Origin: Bugula neritina
Taxonomy: Eukaryota; Animalia; Bryozoa
Length of the DNA: 64,000 nucleotides
NCBI GenBank assembly: GCA_964035545.1
Contig: OZ037766.1
Span: 14,932,722 to 14,996,721, forward strand
Reading direction: 5' to 3'
In this document: positions 25,101-38,081 of the stretch, piece by piece
Position numbering within the stretch: position 1 is the stretch's first letter
How the letters are laid out: the number at the start of each line of letters is the position of its first letter
Notes under the pieces: model-generated
Told to the model about the DNA's origin: nothing
Database searches by the model: none
Seen by the model: the letters and a program-made list of their open reading frames with translations, nothing else
Translations under genes and position numbers: made by a program

Positions 25101-26427
25101 TACTTTATAGTGTGTCTACACTCTATAGTATATCTATACTATATACTTTACAGTGTGTCTACACTCTATAGCATGTCTACAGTGTGTCTATAATCTTTAG
25201 TATGTCTATACTCTATAGTATGTCTATATGTTATAGTATGTCTATACTCTATAGTATGTCTATACTCTATAGCATGTCTATACTCTATAGTATGTCTATA
25301 CTCTATACTCTATAGTATGTCTATATTTTATAGTATGTCTATACTCTATAGCATGTCTATACTCTATAGTATGTCTATACATGTGCAGAGTAAGAATGTT
25401 GTATGCTACAGGAAGATGAGGAAGAAGGTGAAGGGGATGACGACATGGAGGAAGATTACGAAGATTATGATGAAGAATGTGACCCTGATTATGATCCAAC
25501 TAAAGATGTAGGTTATTTCCATCTAGCTCTATCTTGTGTGATGGGTCTGATATCACTTTGTATTCAGGTGTTTAAATTATAAAAATTCAGTCAAAAAGTA
25601 TGAAAAAAATTGTTGCGTGTATGGTGATAATTTCTTACTCCATGGAGAATAGTTTTGCTAGTTTTGTACTACTGCCTTTGCCATATAATCTACAAGTTCC
25701 CCAAAGTAGTGATCATGGTGCAAGTTTGCAATATTTGTCATCTTTGCTGTTTCAATGCTTTTAGAAAGTTATTGAAAACTATTTTAAGCAGGGAACGCAA
25801 CTCCTACTATCTTTAGTATAGTCCAGGCCAAATTTTAATCATGTTTAAATTTGTACTTTCTTTAAAAATATGCGCATATAATGTATAAATAGTGTTTTTC
25901 AATAATGATTGAGAAGTCATTAGAAACTTTTCTACTTGATTTAGTGCTGATTGTATTTGCCCTGTCCTTCTGCTGAAGTAGGTTAGACTTGTGTTCCTGA
26001 GCTGTCAATAGTAATTATTTCAAGTTGATGGCTGGTCTATAGAGCCATGTTTTATGATTTCTAATCACATATCAATTAACAACTCTGTCCAAGCCTCTCC
26101 ATCAGTGAATACACACATGGTCTCTTAGACTGGTGTCTGAGTGCTAAGCTATTAAATGTGTTTACAGACTAGCATTATTTGTTCTATATTTGGCTCATGA
26201 TATCCTTCTATTTCCTCTATTTGAATGTTACAATATTACTTTCTTGTGCAGTGAATTATTTATGCTGAACAGTCTATTTTTATTTTATGCATATTGATGA
26301 ATAATTGTCCTGATTTTTTGCTGGACTCTGATAATTTGGCTGGCAATCTTCTATTACAATATTCTCATCGTATCCTTCTATAACTCTCTTGTAGGTTCAG
26401 GGTGGAAAGGACTGTAAGAGCCAATGA
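16176..26427 (+). CDS. NAP1L1: Nucleosome assembly protein 1-like (NAP1L1/NAP1L4 family), 390 aa
   Basis: Exons 16176-16207, 17874-17932, 19887-19995, 20337-20478, 20673-20826, 20960-21087, 22002-22141, 22638-22783, 24464-24597, 25412-25507 and 26395-26427 join in frame (1173 nt) with GT-AG introns. Motifs: LMGNPKVLEAIQ, SLPESVKKRIKALKKLQ, GIQSFW, IQEHDEPVL, NEYFTDKVLTKTY, IHWKEGKNVT, DSFFNFFSPP, DFQIGHFIRERIVPHAVLYFTG, an acidic tail and terminal CKSQ*. The first two exons are less certain than the rest. The symbol denotes the family; the gene is likely co-orthologous to L1 and L4. Confidence 0.95.
16916..17813 (+). CDS. Large Ser/Arg/Gln-rich ORF in NAP1 intron 1; candidate alternative N-terminal exon of NAP1
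   Basis: Open frame 16841-17845 with first ATG at 16916. Donor CATG|gtaaag at 17814 is phase 1, matching the phase-1 acceptor of NAP1 exon 19887. Confidence 0.6.
19282..19314. repeat. (CTCATGAT)x4 short tandem repeat
   Basis: Four tandem 8-bp units seen directly. Confidence 0.85.
23823..24425. repeat. 20-bp minisatellite (GTGTATACTGTAGTACATGT)n, about 30 copies, in a NAP1 intron
   Basis: Highly regular tandem units with local variant blocks (GCGT, GTGGTA, CTTG). Confidence 0.97.
25050..25380. repeat. 18-bp minisatellite (TATAGTATGTCTATACTC)n in a NAP1 intron
   Basis: Tandem units that become more regular toward the 3' end. Confidence 0.92.
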
Positions 26428-26764
26428 AAAGTTGAACTTTCTACTAGCCGCTGTTTGTCAGCAAGGCATTTAGGTCATTTATGTTTGTAAAACGTCTGTC
26501 AAAGCATCAAGCTGCTACCTAGTGACCAGTGATGTACTATCTCAGACTATGTACTGAAAATATGATGTGTTGCCTACACACAATGCTGGTTGCTGGTGCC
26601 AAAACCTAGTTTTTTCAAGTAGTGCTGCTTTCCTTTTTCTCTTATGCAATTGTAACATGGCAGTGCTACCAGCTTGCTCTGGTTGTAGGTATTCAATCCA
26701 GTTGCTAGGAATTCTAGGCACACCTCTTATTTTCGTATTTGGTATGCATTATATGTTAATCATT

Positions 26765-26770
26765 AATAAA
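26765..26770 (+). terminator. Candidate polyadenylation signal of NAP1
   Basis: First AATAAA noticed after the stop codon, about 340 nt downstream and followed by T-rich sequence. Confidence 0.5.
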
Positions 26771-28522
26771 CTGTTTGAAATGAATTAATTTTGTCTCATC
26801 AAGATATTCTGGGAAGTGATGTAATTTGTGGTGCATTAGTTGCTTCAAAACACTTGTCTATTTTGACTTTACAATTTTGTTTTTGTTGAAAAGCAATGTA
26901 CACAACATGCTAATTACTCTTATCAGTTATGCCAGATTTTTAGTACTTCTAAATTAATCTCAGAAATAATTAACTCTCAGGCTGTAGTTTTGATTGTAAC
27001 ATCACCCCATCTATATATACACCAAATATAATAAACATCTAAATTCTAAGACATATAATAAACTGGTCTTCAGCTGTGCCTGCGATTGTAATCAGTTTGA
27101 ACTTTGTCACAATAGTATTTGCTGGGTATTGTAAAATTTCACCAATTCTGTAAAAAGTGTGACCTAGAAGATATTACATCAATAGACACTTCAGATGAGA
27201 TGTCAAATCAAACCTGGAATCCAGGGAATAAAGATTGCAAGATGACACAATACTCATGTGCAGGGTTGGCCAGATAAGGGTGCATAGTTTACATGGTATA
27301 AAATACTTGAATATCCATTAAGCTACATACTACAAGTAGCAATATGACATTTCCAATGGTGATATCTATACAAATGAATAAATGAGTACTAAGCCTACAC
27401 ATTCTCCAAAGAAAAGGAAGTACTGAGCTTACAACACTATAGTCAGGTAGAGCCTGTGGTTTGGTACAGAGTTTACTGTGCTAGTCCAGTGCATGTAAAT
27501 ATATAACAATATAAGCAGTGCAAGTACGCCTCCCCCTCTTGATAGTATCACATCTTTACAAAGTTTTGGTGGAATATTGTGGACCGGGCTGAGTATAACT
27601 ATAAGGTAAGCCATGAGAGATGTTATTAGTATTACATTATATTAATCCTAGTATACAAAGGTGCTGCTACTTTGTGTTATGTGATACAGTATTATGTTAA
27701 GTGTATTGTGGTTATAATTACAATAATATTCAAGCAGAATGATGTGATAAATTTGACCTGCTGTAAGTGTTTTTCTCATATTGATGAATGAAACGCTACA
27801 CTTGTGTTTATTGCCATCTAATCTAATAGAGGAAACAGTTATGCTTTACTCTACCTAAGTTATATTTATAATATAGTCTAGCATTATGGTGTATATTGGC
27901 TCTACATTAGTGTTAGGTACTTCACTGCATTTGCTACCAAAATTATTGTATTATATGTACTTGAATCTAGTTACCAGGCCACAGGTCTTGGGCATTCAAG
28001 GTGCCTTGTATTGTATTACACACAATTGACGAAATGTGACCATATTTTTATTGTTTATTTACCTCCCAGTGGTTAGTAGAACTTGTAGGCCACTTGGCTA
28101 GCCATTGGTTACTGTAATGATCAGTTTATACGCTGTGCACTTGAATAATTAAAGTACCTAATTACCATTTTAATCTAGTGATTAGCGAGTGAAGAAATTG
28201 CACTATTTTAGTACCAGCTCCCGTTGCTTGTGGTAAGTTTCGGAGTCTAAATGAAATATGAAGTGTTTAGTAATTAGCTAGTTTTAGATGACCAGATAAA
28301 CACATTTATTTTTGTAATTGATTGCACGTGTACAGTCAAAAACATAATTATTGTTTCTCTATCATGTGTGCTAACAGGCGTATTTCACAATCTCAATCCG
28401 TATTTCACAGTTGAATATAAACTACTATTATACGGCTGCAGGCAACTGACTGGAAGATTTCACTTTATTCTGAGTGCTGGGCGTTACTTGCTGCATTCTC
28501 ACTGTTACTAACTGACTTGGCA

Positions 28523-28786
28523 ATGATGGTTGTTCATCCACCTAAGAGCCCGAAACTACCAACTGTACGAAGTAAGTCCGACTCCAGTCCTCGAGCTGAA
28601 GATCACTCTTCAACAAGCGGAGGTAATGTTCACGGTGGAGGTAGAGCTCGTTGCTCTGTTCCAACAATAGTCCTAACGCCACCAGCAGAGGCTGAAGCAC
28701 AGAAACAACGCTCCGCATTGAATTCCAAAGGTCTGATTGACAAGGTGGGCAAGTCAAAGGATGCCAAACATTATTCATCTAACCAG
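28523..28786 (+). CDS. Candidate alternative first coding exon A of AMPK gamma (88 aa)
   Basis: ATG-led, GC-richer ORF ([23 protein letters not shown]...) ending at CAG|gtatgt in phase 0, compatible with the phase-0 acceptor at 53055. An upstream UTR donor lies at 28233 and acceptors at 28377 and 28410. Confidence 0.7.
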
Positions 28787-31700
28787 GTATGTAACGCTGA
28801 CATACACATTGGCTTAGTAATATTTCTGTTGCTAGAAGATTCTAGACTCTAGAGCATTATTGTCAGTAGCCATAGTCTCTGTGATGGAGCAGCAGTCTGG
28901 ACTCCCTAGTTTCATTTTAATATATGCCAACTCATATGATGAGCTTTAAATATACAAGCTTTATTCACATAATTTAAACAAAAGAGAAGTTTTGCCCATT
29001 TAAAAGTCATACACCTAATACACTAAAGACAAGATTTATAAATTTCAAACATGAGGTTGAAAATGTTGCACATTGAACATAGAAGGTTGAGATTAGAGGT
29101 CACACCTCAGTTTATCTATGACTCTATGCTATCAGGTAGGATGTGGTGATACTTTGTTTCCCTTGGCATAATGTAAACAATAACTTCACTCATCACAGTT
29201 CACAGAATAGAATAACTGTAATGTTGAACGTATGTAAGTTAAGTATTGAAAGCAAAATTTGAGTTGATGAGAAGTTTTTGAGCAGTTGAACTCATGCAGA
29301 TTATGAATGTGTCTACCTGTTAGAGTAGTAATATTACACTTAGAATGTAAGTGATCCTATGACTTTATTGCTGCTGATATGATATCACATGCAGGAGCAT
29401 GAACACATGGACATACACTAGGCAGCTTTTATAGTATACTCTTATGTATAACATGATCTATATGTGGATCTAGAGCAGTCGTTTTTAGAGTTTCCACCCC
29501 TGTGAGAACCCCTGATGATGAGGGCTTGTTTCTACTGTGGAATTATGTCATCAATATATTTTATACTTTTTATTATACATTAGCGGAGACCATGGTGTAC
29601 ATACAATATCTATAGCTTTCAAAGAACTTGCTCAATGAGTATTGTTTAATTGTTTTAAACTTCCTTATGCAATTTTAGTTAATGTTAAGCCCTGTGGCTT
29701 AGATTTTAGAAGGTACTTATGTTGTAAGTAGAAGAAATTATAATCCTTGATAAATATTCATAGTCTAGAGAAAATATTTTATAGTTTATATATAGTTATA
29801 GTAGTTCTAATCCCAAAGAGCTGCATCTAAAATAATTTTTCAAAAATTCTTGATATTTGACCTCCTAGTCTTCAACAGCTATCTTTATTGAAAGATATAG
29901 AGACGCATGACTTTTGTTCAGTCAAAAAGCACAAAAATGTTTTAATATCCAAAGCCGGTTAAAACATATTTTTTCTCAATTGATATAAGAAATTACCAAG
30001 AAGCTAGCTACCATATACATATGCTACATTTGACAATGTTTTCTATGTGGATGATAATTAGTTAAGGTTAAGGCCATGTTAAATGATTAGTTATTTATAT
30101 TATTACCACTCCAAGAAATAAGATGTATACTTGTGTTAATATCTAGAGCTTGATTGTATTCATAATATGAATTAGAGTTTAGACTTTAGACTATTGAATA
30201 TGCTATAAAGTATCATTTTTTAACTACTCAACATGCCTATTATATAACATTTTGATAAGGGACAGGGTAGCCCCTAGTCTGTGCTCATAATTATGCAGTT
30301 TTAGGAAGTCTACTATATTTTTCAAGCTAAGCTGATTAGAATCACATAACTATTAGGATTTTAAATTAACCTCCAGCACGGTTATACTGGCTCAAGTACA
30401 TAATATTATAGCATAAGACAACTTTGCCTGCTTATACATGGCATTGAGTAAAGAGGTGCATATTTGATATCAAGTTTCTATTGTTTTTTTTAAATGAGTT
30501 CAACTGGGGGCTTTGCAATCTGTGTTGTGTTTCATTCGACAAATTATTTTATCTGAATCAGTGAGTGTGCCCTATGACATTGCAATGCAATGACAAATTA
30601 GCTAATACAACTCTCATACAGTCTCTACCCCAAGGTAGTGAGATGGAAAACAGTAGTGACATAAGACAGCTATTCGCCAATTGAGTTTATTAACACTGTG
30701 TTTGTTTTGTGCAAATACATAAATCCAATTTTGATATTTTGATCTTGAATAGGTTTAATTCTCTGCTAATTAAGTAACAATTCTAGCTCATTACCCACCA
30801 TAAACCTAGGTAGCAGTGCTATGAGCTTTTGCTTGGAATATAAAGAAGTAAGATCTTGTTAAAAGGCCTGCTTAAATTAAAATTTTAATTTGATGTGTTC
30901 ATTGAATGTTCCTAAAGTCCGCCATTAGCATTCATTAGCAATTCTGTTGGATAGAAACCATCATCAGAACATCATATAATGCATATAAGGAAATGATAGC
31001 TGGAGCCAAACTCTCAGACAGACAGACAGACAGTTTTCACACCCCTTGCTTAATGTATTCTGGGGTTTGACTTGTCAAATTATGTATGATCATAACTCAT
31101 TTGCTCCATGCTTCATGCACAAATGCTATACTTCAATGCTTCCTGTATCTCAATTGCCATATGGTGGAGTAGTAAAGTACTGTAACGTTGGTAGGGATAG
31201 TGTTTTACGTCATTGATGTAAAAGTTTCTGCCTCACCAGGGGTCAATAGCCTTCAACACTACAATCGACATTGCAGAAGTTGGGGCTCTTGTAGACACAT
31301 TCAATACATCTCAATGGAATTGGAAGACAGTAACTGACTGAATAATATGCTAAAGCAGATTTGTGGCAATCTTGAATAAAATTTAATTCATTAGGAATAG
31401 CTGAGTTTGATATGCAATTCTGAAAAGGGTGCTACACGTGAAAGGTTTGATGAGCACAGGGGAATTTTTGTTTTATTTATATTTCATTGTCATCATATTT
31501 TAACAATGACAAAACTTGCAGCATGTCATCACCCAAAGCGCGGATTTCTACTAGCATTTTACACCAATATTAACAAGTGGAGACATGTTTTTGTTTGATT
31601 AAAATCTCTCCTGATTCAAGGTTTTTAAAACTTTATCTTTATTCTCTTTGAGAATGAGTATTTAAAGTTTTGAAATACAAGGAATCCCTAGCAACCCCCC

Positions 31701-34700
31701 CCCCCCCCAATCATTTGTCTTTCTTTGCATACCTTTTTTGGTATAAGCACATTACCACATGCATAAAATGCAACACCAGTAAAGTTAAAGCTTAAACCTT
31801 CATTTTTCATCAAGATTATCATTATTACCCGCTGCATAATATGTGAATCATTTCCAATGCAAACATTAAAATTTTGACTATGTATGAAATGAATCATCTG
31901 AACTGAACAGTACTAAAACTTCGAATAATTTATTAAATTCCAAAGCTAAGTTTCATTATCATATTACATTATCAGTTTTGCATATATCATAATGTTATGG
32001 TTAATTAAACTGATCTTTTTTTAGCTTCAAACTAGCTCTTTGAAATAAAGATCCAGCACATGCCTACTAACTCTGATATGAATACGTTCAAGTTACCACA
32101 TTTATCCGTTTTGCTTGAGAAAATTTTATGATGTTTACCATCTGAAAAGATTTGATATTGGTTATACAAACAACTTAGGCGCACATAAAATAGTTATACA
32201 AGATGCACTATACCAATGCTTCTACAGCACTTACCTATACCAGCATTTACGGTTTTGTCAAAAATTATGTATACCTACATCAATGTTTTATTGCAAGTTG
32301 AAAGCTGTATTTGGACTTGTAACTTGTAGCTAACCAAGTATCTGCAGTGTAACTGATATACATAGATGTACTGTTATAGCTAGGTATAGTGTATACTGAC
32401 AATTGTTTATGGGATGAACATGTACTGTGTGGAAGGGGTATTGTTGATTATCACTGTAGATATTCTGCGACAATAATATGTGAATAATTAGTTGATTGAG
32501 TTAAAATCAACTCATTTATTAAACAAATGTTTTACTAACCAATACTAGTATGTGGATAAGTACCCAACTGTATGTAATTTGATCTAAAAACCATGCAGGG
32601 TGTACAACTTTTTATTAGTGCTAAAAATGGATACTAAAGATGGCATCTCAACTGTTGCTATTTTTGTATCAGTATTTGCTGTCCTTTTTTCCTGTATTTG
32701 GTACTATAAACATACCTTAGTAAGCGTGCTCACTCAACATTCAACACTGGAATAAGTTTTTCGTCCTTCGAAGCAATGTGGAAATGCCAATAATTTGACC
32801 ATCTTGCCAGAATAACCATATCTTCAGACCGTAAGATTCAAACCTGATACCAATACAAATATGGAAGTAATAATACAGAAGTGAAACTAAATATTGGCTC
32901 AGCAGTGAAAATGAAAACAGTTATAAGTCTTTGGGTTTTTTAATGCCAATATCACGATTGGTCATATTTTGTTTATTTTCAAGAAAATTTGACAAAAGAA
33001 AGATATATTTAAATAGTATAAGGTATTGATGTCACTGTTTCATTGGTTTTCTTGTGTCAATATCTTAGTTTTTAAATACGGATTGAAAAAAGAAGTAACT
33101 ACGCATAAGGAAATCCGAAAGCGCCCTAAATTATTCCAAAGTAGCCAAGTTCTGATTGACAAGTAATTTACTATATACATTAGTTATGCAGGTAGATATA
33201 TTATAGGTATACATTATTGTACTACTTGTAGACTCCACATTGCTATCAGTTGAACATACTTTTTTACATTTTAACAGAGCCATACTATATGTAAATGGTA
33301 ATATTGATAAGGATTTAACCACAATTACAGAGCATAGCACAGAGCATAGCGGCAATGATTAAGCCAATGATTGATGAGTTTTTAAGACACTATAGTTTAT
33401 TACATATATGATACATGTAAATTACTTGAACATGGTAATAAAGGAAGTCTAGGCTACGGCTGTTTGAGCAGATAAGATATTGACTTTTCTTTGGTTAAAA
33501 AGTATAAAGTCCCATCTGTTTTCTCTGCAACTATTGTGACTCCATCTAAATTGATTTCTAATAGGATGGCATGAAATTGAATTTACTTTTCTCTATTAAG
33601 CTATTAACTACACATAATTAGCATTTTGTGTATAACTTATGATTCATGTAGTTCTAATAAGATATGCTTGAATGCCTCACCAAAAATTTTTCCATATATT
33701 TTCAATTATAACTTTGACATGGCTTTAGTATTTTTGTTTATTTCATCTGCATATTATTAAATACATTCCATTATCTATAATTACAATTTATCCTTAGGTT
33801 TGACTGGTGCCTTGCAATTAGTAATAAATTTAAATTATAGTAGCCCACAATAAACCACACATGCCAACCTGACATTGTAAAAGGCTAGAATTAAGAGTTA
33901 TTTTCTTCTTTTATTAATGGTATAGCAACTCCACTATTTGCTGTTTGAAAGCTTTATTTAACATTTTTCAACTTGCAGTTGCAGCTTTACATTGTTTTGT
34001 TATAATATTATATTACTATATTAATACAGACAATTGATATACTTTGATCTTTTTATAAGATGAGTATGTTTTTGATAAGGAGTGGACCTATTGTTACCAC
34101 TGAAATTATCTATTCATAATGCTTCAATTTTATTGAGAGCCATATTTTCATATGCATAGAGCATACTATTAATTTCCTTTATTTCGAAAATTCTAAAAGA
34201 ATGCATTCATAAATCAAGACTTCAAAACTTTTTAAATTTCATTACGTAAATTCTTTTAGTAAGCTATTTATTTCCTGTCAAACCACTCGCTTGTACTATA
34301 GTCTATAAGGACTTCTTTTTATTCGTATCATAATAAATAATGATGGCACGCAACAATTCTAGGAGTTGTCTTCTACTTAGTTGACTGCTCTTGGACATAT
34401 TATCATAGCAATATGCATTATTCCCCCAAAAGCCTTCGGTTTCAGGTTCAAGTTATTCATATACAGAATTATTGGTACTAAACTCTAAGCTAAACGGGAG
34501 GTGCACCCAATAACCATGATATTAAAAATGTTGACTTGGAAATTATTAACAATACAATAATAAAATACTAACTATACAATAACAATTAAAGTTAACAGGT
34601 GATAAAGTTCCGTGATGCTGCAGTTGTAAACAAACCCACTGGAACATCTGCTGTTTCTCACATTAAAAGTGTTTACTCAATGTGGAGTTTAAATTGTTGT

Positions 34701-37700
34701 TGAGTATAAAACTAAAGCTTTGTCGTTTACACAATTGTCTAAGTTCTAGTTGGCTGATACACTGGCTAACTAAAAATATATTAAATTCTGAAGTAGGGGT
34801 GTCCAACCTTTTCAGACCGCAGGCCATTGAAAGGAAATATTCCATGGCGAGGGCCACATTGTAAACTTCAGCTTGAGCTGGAGGTCACAGCATCAGAATT
34901 TTTCAAATTATTTTATTCCAACATCTCATGAATCATTATACAATTAAGTCCCAATTGTTACTGCAGGCTGCATGTTTTGTAACATGTGTAGAAATAAGAC
35001 ATAATTTAGAAGGTGGTTTTCCACTCTAATTCATGAATATGTGTAAAAACTAATTTCAGCTTCATGTCTTCGAGAGCCAGATAAATGTAGACTGGGGGTC
35101 CATATCCGGCCCTGGGGCCGCCTGTTGGACAGCCCTGTAATCTAAAGTATTGAAGCAAATAGTGAATTTATGTTTAATGCACTCTGAATGCACTTGACGC
35201 CTATAAGAATAAATTAATATACAGTCATTTTTTGAAGAGAGTATCACAAATATGTTTACTTGTTACTTATAGAATCAGAATAAAAAATAAAATTCACAGT
35301 TCAGAGGCTGTGGCGGTTTTCATACTAGTGTTTTGAAAAGACATGGCTGCAGTAACGCAACGTTTCTATAAATATTAGGCTCCATGTTAAATGTTTCATA
35401 CCATTTGTAATATATGGTCAAATATCTGGTCAGATTAAACCTTTATCTTAAAAATATTTGTTTTTAATATTGCATGCTTGTAAGTAAACATTTTTAAGGA
35501 GGGGGCGGGGAAGAGACAGATTCTACAAGTTAAGGGTTTAGTTGGACAACCCCTTCCTTCTGCAGGTTATACAATAGCAACAGTCATTGCACACAAACAG
35601 CTCCTATTTATCTCATTTGTTTTTGAATATTTTATCATAGTTTTTACACAATATAGAAACTAGGCTTATGAATAGACATAAAAATTTTTTCGTTATCACA
35701 TCTTTCAAAAATGTAAAAGCAGGCAGCGTGCCTATAAGAATCACTGACCAGCAGCTGCTTTGCATAAACCTGCAGACTAAATGCTAAGTTGAGACAAAGT
35801 AAACAAGAGTAGCCTTTGTGCAGCAGGTTCAACAGTGCCTGTAGGTATTCAAAGGGCATCTCTAATCAATGCATGGTGTTTGTAGTGCCAGCTAGTATAT
35901 CCTGTCAGCCTATTGATTCAACGCCACATGAAAAATCAGTCAGTAAAGATAAAAAGCAAATGAGAACTGATAATACTTCATTGCTGTGCATCGAGTAGGG
36001 CACTGTACGAGTGTAAAGTAATAACACTTGAATAGCTAAATAGAGTTAACGACAGTAAATGGCAGCTTAAATTTGTATTCATTATATCTGCTAATTGGCT
36101 ACACAGTCTACTGGGCATTGTCTTCGGTTAGGCACTTTCTAAAAGGGGATATTTTGTTTTCACTGCTGCATTTGGTTCCCTCACCTATATAGCCATGTCA
36201 AGATACCACTATTACAGGGTAAGTTTCTTCAACTCTAAACACATATTAAAACCGTTTGTCAGCAGTTGGACCAATAATGATGTTACATAATAGAAGTAAT
36301 GGTGCGTCAGATTGTTGAACTAAACCTATGCAATTGAATCAATAGCGTCTCTAAGAAAATAGTATTGAGTGCAATACTTCGTTCATGTGAGACTATATCG
36401 TCAGGAGAATATTGCGAGATAGTTTATTTTCTCTTTATGTCAGTTGCCTAATTAGTAAGGTATAGTAGGGCAGCTCAGTCACTACTCAGCTACTACGGCG
36501 CTGCCTTATACGAAAATGGCCAGGTATATATTCAGAAGAAGCAGTCTTCAACCATCTGCAGTGACAAGAGTGAGCAAATACTATTAACAGCTATTAGCCA
36601 ATTTACGTACTTGCTATAGAGTATGAGCTTTTAACACTGTCACATGAGATGTTCCTTGCATAATAAATGTGAATTTTTCATATAACTTAGGCTCCTTGTT
36701 ATAGATTTAGATTTTGTGGTGCATCTGATTGAGTTGTGTTAAGCTATTTTCTCTTGCTGATCTTAGTCTCTCTACATATTGTTGGTCTACATTTATTCAT
36801 AAATTATAAATGACTTGACATTAAATATCTCTAAAACACCTTTAGACTCTACTCTCTAGATATTTCACTTGCATCTTCTATTTACATTTAACACCCAGGT
36901 ATCGCAAAATGATTTATTCTAAGCATATATGACAGGTTTTACTTTATTTAAGGACAAACATAAAACATGCATCACATTGTAGCAAAGAACTTGTTCAAGT
37001 CCTTCTCACTGCTTTTCATTGCAAATGCATCTTCCAAATTCAAGTCTTGACAGAAGCAAAATAGTTATAAATATGCATGTTGTCACTAGAAAATTATAAC
37101 AGCTACTGTAGTGTGCGAATCTATACATATAGTTAGCAGTTTGTCAAGTCTCAGTTGGTATTCTGCACCCTGTTGGTTATTTGATATTTCTTTCCAGCTA
37201 ATATAATAAACTGGACAGTTGGAGTTGACATTTAGAAGTTAATGATTGCATACGGAGATGCACAGCATCTCTCCAGCCATATAGAGTCTATGTACTGCAT
37301 GATATCTTTTTCTAAATGACATGTCCTTACACATACTGTTTGGTCACTGTCTAGCTCCTAAACTTGTTGAATAACCACAACAAAATATTTTCATATCAGA
37401 TATTACTGGGAAAACTTTGAGATAAATATTTTATGGGAGTTGTCCTCACTAAGACAAATATTTCTGTGTGTGAGTTTCTCATTGCAAGTAGCTCAACTAC
37501 GCTATACAAGGAGTTAGTAAATAGTTGTAGGTTATTCCTTCTAAAAACCAGTTTTAGGGGCAAAACAACTGCGACTCATAAACTAATAACATCTCTATTG
37601 TCCTAAAGTAAGTGTGCAGTGCATATGCTTTGATGCTCAACAAAAGAACTGGTGAAAGCAACGATTTTCAATTTGTTGTTTGTTGTTGACTGCACTAAAT

Positions 37701-38017
37701 TTCCAAGTTGGTACTAGCCGCTGGGCATGCCTACAAGTAGTATTGGTTCTACTTAGACTGCTAGGGCAACCTTCAAGTCCCAGGCTTGTTTACTAATAAA
37801 ACCTCCACCTCTTCTGCTATGCCAGGTTGTTTATATTTTCACCCAATTATCTCTAAGCCAGAGGTGGGCTGCCTTATTTGAGTATAAGAAGCATTTAATA
37901 AAATATATAGATATCTTGCTGTATAAATATAAACATCAATGTATCAGCTTTTTGTGTGTAATAAAAGCTGCAATTACTTGTATAATATTTAATATTAGGC
38001 ATTAATTAGTTAATTTA

Positions 38018-38081
<64 letters not shown>

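Noticed and set aside
26294-26332. C/D box-like motifs (TGATGA...CTGA) in the last NAP1 intron
   Set aside because: The spacing is too short and there is no terminal stem. An intronic snoRNA cannot be supported without a covariance-model search.
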